From: Eledone cirrhosa
Taxonomy: Eukaryota
NCBI GenBank assembly: GCA_964016885.1
Contig: OZ024741.1
Location: forward strand, 129,518,001-129,582,000
DNA: 64,000 bases
Direction of reading: 5' to 3'
Below are positions 12,380-25,125 of the stretch, piece by piece; within the stretch, counting starts at the first letter, position 1, and every line of letters begins with the position of its first letter. Position numbers and translations under genes: made by a program. The notes beneath the pieces are model-generated. The model saw only the letters and a program-made list of their open reading frames with translations. It was not told the DNA's origin and did no database searches.

Positions 12380-12865
12380 TGGTCGGGTAGTCGGCGACTA
12401 AACCAGCAACCCCACCTAGCTAGCTTGGTGAGAAGGGCGATATTTAAACACACTGTGGGATGAAATACAAGACCCGACAAAGGGCAGAGGAACTCAGCAG
12501 AGTCAACGGCCATCCAAATAGTACCTTTTTTTTTCACCTGGGAGTGAAAGGCCCCAGTTGTTGTCACAGCACCTTTCTAGGAGAGGTAAACTCTGAAAAA
12601 AAAAAAAAAAAAAAAAAAAACCTGCGGCTTCGGAAGCATCCGATGGTGTTGACCAGTTCTCCTTTTCGGGTAGTGTTTTCGATGCTCAGAGAGTGGGATT
12701 GGTCGAGTGCAAGGTCTTATCCCCACTTAAAAAAACCCTTCAAAGCACAGGCATTGCTTGTTCAGGATATGTTACAGGTTTATGCAGCTGGCCATAGCCT
12801 AAAAGTGCACCAAACTCTATAATCTGACAAGCGATTGCAATACTCTTAGCAGAGTTTGCAGCCAT
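12380..12865 (+). mobile_element. Probable 5' UTR fragment of an RTE-clade LINE
   Basis: GC-richer island between (CA)n tracts, with ggcgactaaac, cagcaacc...gagaagg and ctaggagaggtaaactctga motifs that I recall from RTE 5' ends. Confidence 0.45.
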
Positions 12866-12973
<108 letters not shown>

Positions 12974-13158
12974 ATAAAAATTACAGCTTTTTATGAAACT
13001 TTATTGCATATAATTCAATTGTTTTCTATATCGATAAGCTCAAGTTTGATCAGGCGATCGGATCCCGACTCTTCTTCAGATATGAGACTATACGAATGTG
13101 GTCCCAGAAACAATTATAATATGCAATAAAGTTTCACAAAAAGCTGCAATTCTTATTG
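12974..13158. mobile_element. Fold-back pLTR-like element carrying a minus-strand hammerhead motif (family C)
   Basis: 12974-13027 inverted relative to 13106-13158; minus strand CATAT-CTGAAGA (13084-13073) ... GAAAACAATTG; the other arm reads GAAACAATTATAATATG. Confidence 0.55.
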
Positions 13159-13289
13159 TCACTCTATATATGCACTCTGCAAACTACAGCTGCCTTAAAC
13201 CTGGAGCACAACCCAACGAGAGACGGCCCCCGTAACAGCATCGAGTGATTTGACCAGAGTCGCCGCTCGTAATCACAGGTTACTCACAT

Positions 13290-13346
<57 letters not shown>

Positions 13347-13462
13347 AATTAAAGATGATTCTCTGAAGGAAAACAGTTAAATCAGGAAAACAGTTAAATA
13401 CATTAGTAAAGAAGTATATTTGTTTCCATAAGAATGAAACCGTTCTATTCATGTAGAAGTCA

Positions 13463-13565
<103 letters not shown>

Positions 13566-14420
13566 GGAAAGGTCTCAGAATAAGATAAATATAGATAGAC
13601 AGGTACGTAAATAGCAGAAGAAATATAAATAGAGAGACGGAAACTGTGAAAGAGAGGTAGACATGAATACAGTGAAGAAGAGAGAGGGGGATAGAGAAAA
13701 CTAGATAAAAGATAGTAAGAGAGTGATAGAGAAGAGAGAGCGTGAATGTGTGAGATAGGTATAGACAGATAGTAAAATACTAGAGATAGATAGATAGACA
13801 GACATATATATATAGAGAGAGAGATAGATAGATAAGTGAAGGAAGGGAGAGAGAGAGATGCAGGCAAAGAGAGGGACAGGGTGAGAGAGGGAAATTGTGA
13901 GAAAGAGAGAGGGATATATAGCTATATAAGAGAGAATATAGCTGGAAATAGATAGATAGATTTAAATATATACTTAATAAATACAGACAGCGATATAAGA
14001 GAGAGAAGGAGATAGATAGAAAGTGAGAGAGAGAGGGTAGATATAGATAGATAGATAGATAGAGATATATAGAGGGAGAGAGAGAGGTAGTTGACTCATC
14101 TTGATGTAATGTTTTTAGTGTGTTTCTCTGTTCTTCCTTCTCTGCTGAGAGGACGACAAACAGCCAAATATATCGGCAAAGCATGGTTTACCTGACTGAC
14201 TTACACAGCAGCAACTGTCCAAGAATGGTGAGACCAACTTTTACCAACTTTCTTATTTCACTACTTTCTTCTGCTACTACATGTTGGTATCGTAATAACC
14301 ATCATCATTACCGTCGTTACTGGAATCCTAATCATCATCATTATCTATATCTTCGTGCTTGGTATTTTTGGTATTTAAACAAAATACGAGCTTCTTTCAG
14401 CATATATTTCTTTAAGGGTT

Positions 14421-14787
14421 TTTAACATCGTTTAATACCAAACCACCTGGAACCGCCCCTGGTTCTACAATTAAAACTGTTTTAAAGTTTATATTTATCT
14501 AAAATCCCCTCCGTCATAATTCTATCTCAGAATATTTTTTAAAGTTCTGTTTCAAATACCAGCTTAATGATTTGAAAGCTAATTACATAGATATTTCACA
14601 TGAAAATATAAAATCAAAACGGAAGAAAATAGTAAGTCAATATTAAGCGTGTCAATCGACTAAACCCCGCCAAATTCTTGATTATTTTCAAAATTATTGA
14701 TTGTCAAACATCACAGCGCTTCAATTCAATGATAGTCTAATACTACACAGTGTCTTTCATTAGCAATATGGCAACGAAAGGGTTAAT
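14421..14787. mobile_element. Degenerate TTAA-flanked MITE (family also at ~19702-19857, ~28445-28680, ~60876-61120)
   Basis: ttaac...aataccaaaccac start and ...ggcaacgaaagggttaa end; shared internal sequence. Confidence 0.5.
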
Positions 14788-14870
14788 GGGGTGGTGTGTT
14801 ACTAAAATCGTCTTTTTGGTAGGATATTTTCATGTCTTCATGGGACGTCAACGATTCTGTTTGTTTATTA

Positions 14871-14909
<39 letters not shown>

Positions 14910-14928
14910 ATAAATACATATAATGATT

Positions 14929-15022
14929 TGTACAGGACAAGCACTGTTTCATTCGGTTGAAAGAAATTACCATGTACCTTCCTGACGATTTTTGCCGAAT
15001 GAAATAGTGCTAGTCCTGTACA
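14929..15022. repeat. Short fold-back with a hammerhead-like core (family D)
   Basis: Arms 14929-14956 and 14995-15022; CTGACGA at 14982-14988, then GAAATAGTGCTAGTC. Confidence 0.6.
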
Positions 15023-15541
15023 TTTCCAGCTGGAATATATCATGTACTTCTATATTTAATGTATAGAATACCTTAACTGTGATCTCTTTCCGTTCCTCTA
15101 CGGAACCTCCCCTCTCTCTCTCTCTCTCTGTATATATAAGGAAGCCTGTTAGAAATTGCAGCTAAATCTCCCTCATACTGCAACTTACCGTTTTAAAAGA
15201 GTTGTGAGGCATTGGGTAATGTAGTTCTAGCTAGATACACCATTATTATGCCCAAAAAAAGACACGGTGGTCATGGCAGGAATTTCTTTGATTACAAGTC
15301 TGCTCAGTCAGGGTTGACCTAGGAAGTAAACAACTAAATACCAACACATCTTTCAACACACGCGCGTGTGCGCATAATGTAAGCCGCTTATTATAATCAC
15401 CGATACCGTCATTGAATGGTTATTGTTACGAACATTGGTAAGTCTCGAATATATTGATATACCCTCTGTCTGATTTAACCATTACTATCTGAAGGTTCCG
15501 TCCCAAAGTAATCACAATAAGTATCTTACACACGCACACAG

Positions 15542-15580
<39 letters not shown>

Positions 15581-15964
15581 GAAAGTTTAACAAATACTGT
15601 CCCATGGAATAGCCAAGCACCCTCTTCCAAACGCCCCAAATGTCACCGGCTGAAAAACAAAACATGTTTACTATAATTACTAGTATTTTAAAATTTTATT
15701 GCACCGACTCTCACCTTCACCGCATCATCCAGGAGGATGTGGGAATTAGAAAAAGAATCGCTTTGTTGGATTATTATTGTGGCAGTATCGGTAGAGCGTC
15801 GGACAATATCCTTTGTGGCATAGAATTACGACCCTTTACGTTCTGAGTTTAAATCTCTCCGAGATTTGAACTCAGAAAACCTAAAAATGGTTTCGTGATT
15901 TCGAGGGACAAAAGGGGGCGTTTGGCCTAAATGGGTTGAGAACCTGTGTTCTAAAGTACTGTGC

Positions 15965-16152
15965 GTTGGATTGGCAGTATCGGTGGAGGGTCGGACGCCA
16001 TGCTTTCCAGCATAGTTACGTCCCTTTACGATCTGAGTTCAAATCCCGCTGAGGTTGACTTTGCCTTTCATCCTTACGGGGTCGATAGAATAAAGTACCA
16101 GTAATGCACTGGGTAATTGCTGGCCTTGTGCCTAAAGTAGAAACAATTATTC
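15965..16152 (+). mobile_element. Meta-type SINE, near full length
   Basis: Head, central domain and tail; flanked by duplicated ttctaaagtactgtgc (TSD-like, ~15949-15964 and ~16150-16165). Confidence 0.9.
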
Positions 16153-16268
16153 TAAAGTACTGTGCAATTTTAAATTTATATAGCTTTAGTTCTATATACA
16201 GTAGAAAGAATCTGAGAAGAGGATAAATGAAAGGATTTATTAGGCACCTTGAGCCAACCACGGTAGTC

Positions 16269-16296
<28 letters not shown>

Positions 16297-16302
<6 letters not shown>

Positions 16303-16470
16303 GTTTCTACTATTGACACAAGGCCAGAAATTACCCAGTACATTACTGGTACTTTATTTTATCGACCCCGTAAGGATGAAAGGCAAAGTTAACCTCGGCG
16401 GAATTTGAACTCAGAATGGCAAGGGCCGTAACTCTATGCGTCAAAGCATGGCGTCCGACCCTCTGCCGAT
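16297..16470 (-). mobile_element. Meta-type SINE
   Basis: Reverse-complement consensus in (TA)n. Confidence 0.85.
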
Positions 16471-16814
16471 ATATATAATAATAATAATAGTTTAGATCGA
16501 TATCCAGTGATTTCAATTTGTTGTATACATTTGCTCAACAAATTTATTTGGAACATACACATAAGATTAATTGTAATACAACATCCCCAGCCAGACTAAA
16601 ACTATGAAAATAGTTTAATTATAGTATCGATAGATTAACACATGAAAACATTAAAGTACTCACAATTTCATCAATTGAAACAGCCAGTATCCTCCTAGTT
16701 GAGCACACAAACATTTGCCAGACTACAACAATCTACATCTAAGCTGTTTCAAATTCCGAGGAGGATCTGCTGGTCATCAATTGATTATTCCCGAGATCCG
16801 CCAACAGAACAGCT

Positions 16815-16932
16815 AACACATACACACATGTACTTCCCTGACATTTGTGTATTATTCTATGTACTATATTGACGAGTTGTAGTGCACCTGAGTACTTTAC
16901 ACAATAATTTCATTATTATTATTATTATTATT
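16815..16932 (+). mobile_element. CR1 3' UTR fragment
   Basis: gacgagttgtagtgcacctgagtactttacacaataatttc(att)n matches the 3' end at 28040-28100. Confidence 0.75.
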
Positions 16933-17039
16933 ATAAATCCCAAACCAGCAAGTTCTGAACGATGGAATTCTTATCAACCAGCAGTCCAATGAGGGATTTC
17001 CAAAAATTATCCTTACTACTACTACTACTACTACTACTA

Positions 17040-17081
<42 letters not shown>

Positions 17082-17579
17082 GAGGACAAGCCGAAGTATA
17101 CACCCAATGAAGCCCCCAGCCCACACTGTAAAGTGATCGTGTAGGTGTCATGACAAAAAACACCCACAACTCACTGTAAATTAGGTTGGCGTTAGGAAGG
17201 GCATCCAGGTGTAGAAACCGAGCCAAAATCAGTTCTGTTGAACAAGACATGGTCACCTAACCTAATATTTCCCACAACAGGATAACTCATCTAACCCATG
17301 GTAATGTGGATTAAGCTCTGTTGCATACATAGAGCACTCTTTTTTCCTGGACTTTTCCGATGGAATTACTTCATTCACACAATATATATATATATATATA
17401 ATATCACATGGTGGCTGAGGTACTGTGACATGATCACTACTTAAGGTACCATAGCGAGACTACACAACCATATAGAATAGGCTTTCATAAATACCTTTAT
17501 TACGTGTAGAAGAATGGAAAGAGACCACCAACTGAATAAAATAGTCCTAGTCCATTAGAAATCATTTTCATCTGAAATT

Positions 17580-17613
<34 letters not shown>

Positions 17614-17989
17614 GTGAATGTGTGTAGCATGTTGAAGGTGAGGAGCGTACTCAATACATGTTGTCGAATATCTGGTTCATTTAAACGGAATTTCTTTCTC
17701 TCTACACCTATACATATTACATTACGTAACAAGACGGATGAAGAGTTACTGAAGAAACAAAACTTTTCATTCATATATTTCTCTCTCATACACTATCTTT
17801 CTCACTCCCCTCTCTCTCAAACACTATCTTTCTCACTGCCACTCCCTGTTACATACTATCACTCTCACCCCTCTTCTCTCTCACACGCTGTCTCACTCCT
17901 TGTCTCTCTCATACACACTCTCTCTCTCACACACTACCCTCTCTCTGTTTCTTTGGCTTTGTGGTGGAGAGAGGTATGCATGTTGTGCT

Positions 17990-18655
17990 GTTTCATTCCA
18001 CTTGCATGGGAAGGGGAGTTCTCTGCAGTACAGAATATCACCAGTTTTCTCAGTCCTGGGTCATGTTTGTGAAGTTCAGCTGCATGAGATCAACCTGAAC
18101 CACATCATCCCAGATTTTCGTAGGTCTTCCTCTTCCAAGGGTTCCTTGGACTTCAAGCACCCTGCATTTCTTTATGCAGCTGTCATCTTCCATACACATT
18201 ACATGCCCATACCATTGCAGTGTCCTCTTCTGCATGCTGCACTTGATACCTCTTATGCCCAGTTTTTCTCTTCGCTCATTGATACTTCGTTGCTCATGTA
18301 TACTACTATTACACATTCATTGGAACATGCTTGCCTCATTGCTTTCCAATCTCTGTAAGTCCTATACACACAAAGACCAAGTCTCACTACCATATAGTAT
18401 TGCTGTTTGCATTGAAGCATCATACAATCTGCCTTTCACTCTGAAGGAGAGACCCTTTGTAGCTAGCAGTGGTAGTAGCTCCCTGAATTTTTTCCAACCT
18501 GTACTTACTCTGGCTACTGTACTTTCCGATATATCCACTACCATTGCTAATTTGGGCTCCTAAGTAGCAGAATCTGTCAACTATTTCTAGGGAACCCTCT
18601 GAGTATTTAAAGGGAGTTGTTTACTGTGTGCTCTTGCTGCTTACTGCTCCTGTGA
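17990..18655 (-). mobile_element. RTE-clade LINE 3' fragment
   Basis: ORFs: ARVSTGWKKFRELLPLL...KGRLYDASMQTAILYGSETW and LQWYGHVM...GRGRPTKIWDDVV. Confidence 0.85.
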
Positions 18656-18911
18656 AATGCACATTAATTTCATGAGCAGGCTGTTTTGTTGATCATACCA
18701 ACTGGAACACTTGTCGTAATTGACTGAGTGCCAGTTTATATATATATATATGTGTGTGTGTGTGAGAAAAACCACAAACCCTCCATCTCAATTCTACTTT
18801 TGAAAAGCACAAGAACTGTGAAACCGATAAAGGAACCAAATAAATATATTTAAAAAAAAGACTCCAGTTGCATTTTCGATTTCATCTTTTTTCCTTATAT
18901 ATATGTATATT

Positions 18912-18958
<47 letters not shown>

Positions 18959-19202
18959 TTATATATTATATGTATGTATATGTGTGCGCTTTTGTGTGTT
19001 CATAAACAGAAGTCCAGCAACGCAGGGGTTCAATGTACAATGACCAGAATCTTACTTCTTCAAGAAGGGTATCAGGCTGTAGAATTCTGCTTCAAAACGT
19101 CTCATCCAACCCATGCCAGCATGGAAAAATAAACGTAAAATCAATGCTCGCACAGGTCACACAGTAGCCAAATTTTCTTCTTGTCACAACTTACTGTCTT
19201 AA

Positions 19203-19428
19203 TTAACCCTTTAGCATTTAAACCGGCCGTATCTGGCCAGAATTCTCTCACCTCTTCTGTTCAAACCAACTGTAACCAGTTACTCATACTGACATTAAGG
19301 TATGGTTCTCAAAATAAATAATATCAAAATCTCATAGATTCGATAATTAGTGAGATAATTATGAGGTAAAGCCTTTACCATGAAAATATAATAGTATATA
19401 TAGAGTAATGTAAATGCTAAAGGGTTAA
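19203..19428. mobile_element. piggyBac-like MITE (copies also at ~40137-40330 and ~62199-62400)
   Basis: TTAA on both sides; 14-bp TIR ccctttagcattta / taaatgctaaaggg. Confidence 0.8.
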
Positions 19429-20134
19429 GAAAATGATACATTAAATAATGTAGTCTTACAGTTCAAGGAGGGGATAGCCAGGGCTGGAATGTTTTTAATC
19501 ATATTGCTGCTTGATCAAGTTTAACCTGGTGTTTGGGCAGTATGTTGAGTCATTGAGCAAGTCACTTTATTTCGCATTGCCCCAGTCTACTCAGCTGAAA
19601 AATATCAGTACCAGCCGTAGCAGCATTAAAGGGGGCGGTTAACCCCTTTAATGGATTAGTGTCTGGCATATTCTTTTTTTGATAGAACTGGAACTCCTAT
19701 CGTTAACACTTTTGATACCAAATTGCCTGAAATTGCTCCTGGTTCCACCAAAGCTGTTAGCTTTAAAGTATTTTTTTAAATGTTTATCTAAAAAGCTTCC
19801 CATCATAGTTTTATAAAACAAGACAAGTTCAGGCTATTTTGTATCATAAGGGTTAACCTCTCACCACTACCACCAACAACAACCGGTTTAAAGCAATAAA
19901 GGGGAAGTAACTCAAGAATATCAAAAACTGTAGACTCAAACATTTTCTTTTTTTCTCTTCAATATAATATTCTTCTTTTATTCTTTCACTGATTTCAATC
20001 ATAGACACATGCCATCATTGTTTCTGCCAAGTAACAGCTTTAGTTAGCTTCTGAAAGCTCAGTTTTATTAAAACATTTATAAACAGATGCTGCACTTTGT
20101 TTTATAAACACTCACTAATAATGTACGGTAATAG

Positions 20135-20780
<646 letters not shown>

Positions 20781-21296
20781 TATATGGAGTGTGTGTTTAT
20801 AGGCAATAATCTGTGTATTCTTGTGCTTTGGGTATTCACTTCAATTTAGTGTGTTAATATATACAAATACTGACGAAAGTGTAAGTTTATATATACATGA
20901 AGTGTAAAATGTCTCTCTCTCTCTCTCCATCTCTTTCTCTCTGTGTGTGTATATATATATATATATAGGCATACAGACATACACACACACAGACATGCAC
21001 ACACTGACATATACACATACACACATACAATAGATAAGTGAACTATCTTGGTTTTAATCGGTCCATGTAATAATCACTTGTTTTGATATAGACCAGATAA
21101 GTGATATCATTTACGCCATTGCCGTTAATAATGTAATAATCCCTATACATTATACTGTAATATCTGTCATAAACCATATCATGTTATATCACTTGTTTTG
21201 GTATAAACCAGATAAGTATGATATATCATTTAAGCTATCACAGTTCATAATGTAATAATCCCTGTAAGTTATACTATAATATCTGTCTTAAACCAT

Positions 21297-21604
21297 ATCA
21301 GAAAACAGTACAGCTCCCATCCATGGCTTTCGGAAACATTTTTTTCATGCTCAGAATTGCTGAAGCATGGAACAAACTACCTGCATCAGTTGTTAGCTGT
21401 CGGGACATTGCATCCTTTAAAACATCCATGCTTCCCCAAATTTGCCAACACTACACCTGATATTCTCCGCTCCATAGACATGTATGCATGTATCTGTGTG
21501 TATATAATAACTCATACACTGTTCACTTTCCTGACATTTGTACATTATTCTATGTGCTATACATGCACCTTTGATTAGTTGTAGTGCACCTGAGCACTGT
21601 ACAC
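21297..21604 (+). mobile_element. CR1 LINE 3' fragment
   Basis: Colinear with 27787-28075. Confidence 0.85.
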
Positions 21605-22059
21605 TTATAGGGATTATTATATGATAGTACACATATGAGAGGTGATAATGGACATATGATAAATGATCTTCTTTATTATCATATCATTTATCATATGTCC
21701 ATTATCACCTCTCATATGTGTACTATCATATAATAATCCCTATAAGTTATACTATAATATGTGTCATAAACCATACCATTTATCATATGCTCATTATCAC
21801 CTTCATTCATATTTATACTATAATGAATATTCCTATGTTATACTATAATATCTGTGTCATAAACCATACCATTTATCATATGCTCATTATCACCTTCATT
21901 CATATTTATACTATAATGAATATTCCTAGGTTATACTACATCTGTGGCATCAACCATATCATTTGTCACCTTATATTTATTACCTTATATTTATAGTATA
22001 GTAATCCCTATAATTTATACTTTAATAATTATCTAATAAACTGCATCGTTTATCATATG

Positions 22060-22296
22060 TCCATTCCAAAATCCAAAATCACTCCTGTTGAAGTCACCCT
22101 TCCCTGGTTGATCTCTATCACTTACTGTCTCTGACCAAGCATGATTTGCTCCATTTTACGTTGGGCCACTGAAAGAGTCTCTGCAGTGGTAATGTTGAGT
22201 GCCCACATCTCACCTCCATAAGTCATGATTGGCAGAACATGTTCATTAAACAGCTTTCTTTTGGTTTCGATTGTTGACTTGGGACTTCTAATGACT
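22060..22296 (-). mobile_element. RTE-type LINE fragment
   Basis: KRKLFNEHVLPIMTYGGEMWAL...LSVAQRKMEQIMLG. Confidence 0.7.
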
Positions 22297-22676
22297 TCCA
22301 ACAACAACCCTGAGCACCTTTTTGATCTCCATGTGTCTAACACACGTGGACATGCCTACAAAATCAGAAAACAGCACAGCTCCCATGACTTTCGGAAACA
22401 TTTTTTCACGCTTGGAGTTGCTGAAGCATGGAACAAACTGCCTGCGTCAGTTGTTAGCTGCCGAGACACTGCATCCTTTAAGACACTCATGCTTCCCGAA
22501 ATACGCCAAAACTACACCTGATGTACCCCTTCCATACACATGCACATGTGTGTATATCATGACTCATGCACTGTTCATTTTCCTGACGTTTGTACATTAC
22601 CCTATGTACTATACATACACTTTTTGATGAGTTGTAGTGAACCTGAACACTGTACACAATATTTTCATTATTATTA
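22297..22676 (+). mobile_element. CR1 LINE 3' fragment
   Basis: TRGHAYKIRKQHSSHDFRKHFFTLGVAEAWNKLP followed by the 3' UTR. Confidence 0.88.
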
Positions 22677-23759
22677 TATGTCTATTATCACCTCATATTT
22701 ATACTATAATAATCCTTATAAGTTATACTGTAATACCTGTGTCATAAACCATATCATTTATCATATGCTCATCACCACTTTCATTCATATTTATATTATC
22801 ATAAATAATCCTATATGTTATACCTGTGTCTTAAACCATATCATTTATCATATGCTCATTAGCACTTTCATTCATATTTATGTTATCGTAAATAATCCTA
22901 TATGTTATACTATAATATCTGTGGCGTAAACCATATCATTTATCATATGCTCATTAGCACTTTCATTCATATTTACATTATCATAAGTAATCCTATATGT
23001 TAGACTATAATATCTGGCATAAACCATATCATTTATCATATGTTCATTATCACATCATATTTATACTATAATGTAATAATCGCTATAAGTTATACTATAG
23101 CAGTTGTGTAATAAACCATATCATTTATCATATACCCGTTAGCACCTCATATTTTTCTTTATTACACTTTTGTAATATCTTTTTGTATTTGTACTGCAGC
23201 AGATATATAATACAATACAATACAAAGTTAGAACTCTAATATCATTTATAGTGTATATTATTGTGTAATGGTGATAGTGGTAGTGTTGATGATGGTGGGG
23301 GAGATGGTGATGGTAGGGGAGATAGAGATGCTGTTGTTGTTGGTGATGGTGGTGTTGTTGGTGGTGGTGGTGATGCTGGTGGTGTTAGTGGTGGTGGTGA
23401 TGGTAGTAATGTTGGGGGAGATGGTGATGATGTTGATGTTGTTGGTGGTGCTGCATATATCTGCAGGGATGATTGGCAATATCTGTGATGACAATTGTAA
23501 TGGGATACGACTGTGTCTGCTACTCATATTATTGAAACACACATTTTGAATTATTGTTAATAAAAATGTAAATATCAACAACCTATACCATCACTACCCC
23601 AACAGCACAAGCTCAGACATTGTGGGAAAATGTTGTCCAGTGCACAGAACCCTAAGGAACAGAATACAGACAGTGTTACTCTGGCGGATAGTGATGGAGA
23701 AGTGTTGAAATAGCCATTTCTACTTGCAAGGTGTATGTGCTCCTGCAGGTAACCCACTC

Positions 23760-24400
23760 AACCAAAGTCTCCACTACTATAGGTTGAACAACTATAGGTA
23801 ACTGCCTCAACCCCTATAGCAGTGAGTAGGAAATTGGTCCAGGGACCAAGAACACCAGAGTCTCAACTGCTATAGGTACAACAACCAACTAGACTCTAAT
23901 AGTAATGAGTAGGATGGTGGATCATCGAACAAGAACACCAGAAATCTCCACTGTTATATGTTCAATAACCAACTAGACCCCAAGAGTAATGAGTAGCATG
24001 GTGTTTCTGGGACCAACAACACCACAGATCTTCACTGCTATAGATTCAACAACCAACTAGACCCCAATAGTAGTGAGTAGGATGGTGGCTCAAGGACCAA
24101 GAACACCAGAAATTTCCACTGCTATAGGTTCAGTAACCAACTAGACCCCAATAATGGTGAGTAGAAAAGTGGTTGAGAGATGAAGAATGCCAGAGATCTC
24201 CACTGCAATAAGTTCAACAACTGTAGGTAACCAAGTAGACCCAACAGCTGTGAGTAGGAAGGTGGCCCAGGGACCAAGAACACCAGAAGTTTCCACAGCT
24301 ATAGGTTCAACAACACACTCATTCCCAATAGCAGTGAGTAAGAAGGTTGTTCAGAGACCAAGAATGCCAGAAGTCTCCACCTCTGTAAGTTCAACATCTG
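23760..24400. repeat. Diverged ~83-92-bp minisatellite (~7-8 units)
   Basis: Recurring ggaccaagaacaccagaaatctccactgctataggttcaacaacc at ~23842, 23927, 24010, 24093, 24178, 24270, 24352. Confidence 0.85.
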
Positions 24401-24861
24401 TAGTAGTAATACTGATTATTTTATATTCTGTTTATATTTTGCTAAAAATCTAAGAATACACACAGCAGTTTAGTGGATGCCCATCTGTGTGATGATGTTG
24501 AAGTTTTGGTGGTGGTTGTGGTGGGAGTAGTTGTTGTCACGGTGGCTATGGTGATGGCATTGGAATATACCCACTGTCACACAGAAATAGACTGCACATT
24601 GTTTTATAAACACTCACTATTAATGTATGGTAGTGGGTTTATACATACATACATACATATATATATATACAAGTGGAATCTTAGTAAAATCGAAGCTTTG
24701 ACTGTGGCCAAGCAAAGCCGACCTACAATAAGGAATGAGTAGCAAAGCACTCAATAAGGGTAGGTCCTTAGAGTAATAACATTACATTTAAAAGCTTGAC
24801 AATTTGAAAATTGCGGTAGGCAAAACCCAACCATACAATACCAAAAACAACGAAAGAACTA

Positions 24862-24899
<38 letters not shown>

Positions 24900-25005
24900 T
24901 GTATGTATGTATAATATGTACGTTCCCAAGTGGTGTCTGGGGGTGGGGGGTAACAAGTTAAAGAAGGTACTCAATACGTTGGTAGAGTATAGGCATCTTT
25001 ATTTT

Positions 25006-25120
25006 ATATAGAAGTGACTTCTACAGGACTAGAACTGTTTCATTCGTATGAAATCATCCCAAATGTCCTGATGATTCCATATGAATAAAACAGTTCTAGT
25101 CCTGTAGAAGTCATTTATAT
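25006..25120. repeat. Short fold-back with a hammerhead-like core (family D)
   Basis: Arms 25006-25058 and 25070-25120; CTGATGA 25068-25074, TTC/GAA mini stem; the opposite arm preserves GAAACAGTTCTAGTC. Confidence 0.6.
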
Positions 25121-25125
25121 ATATA

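Larger units (their letters stand above)
21030..23160. repeat. Diverged ~90-120-bp AT-rich tandem repeat interrupted by CR1 and RTE fragments
   Basis: Recurrent ataaaccatatcatttatcatatgctcatta...cctatatgttatactataatatctgtg units. Confidence 0.8.

Noticed and set aside
23760-24453. Mucin-like coding repeat
   Set aside because: Unit lengths are not consistently multiples of three and stops are frequent.
24720-24768. gacctac...gtaggtc hairpin with inner gagt/actc stem as a twister or other ribozyme
   Set aside because: Could not assign the required pseudoknots or core nucleotides; single copy in the window.
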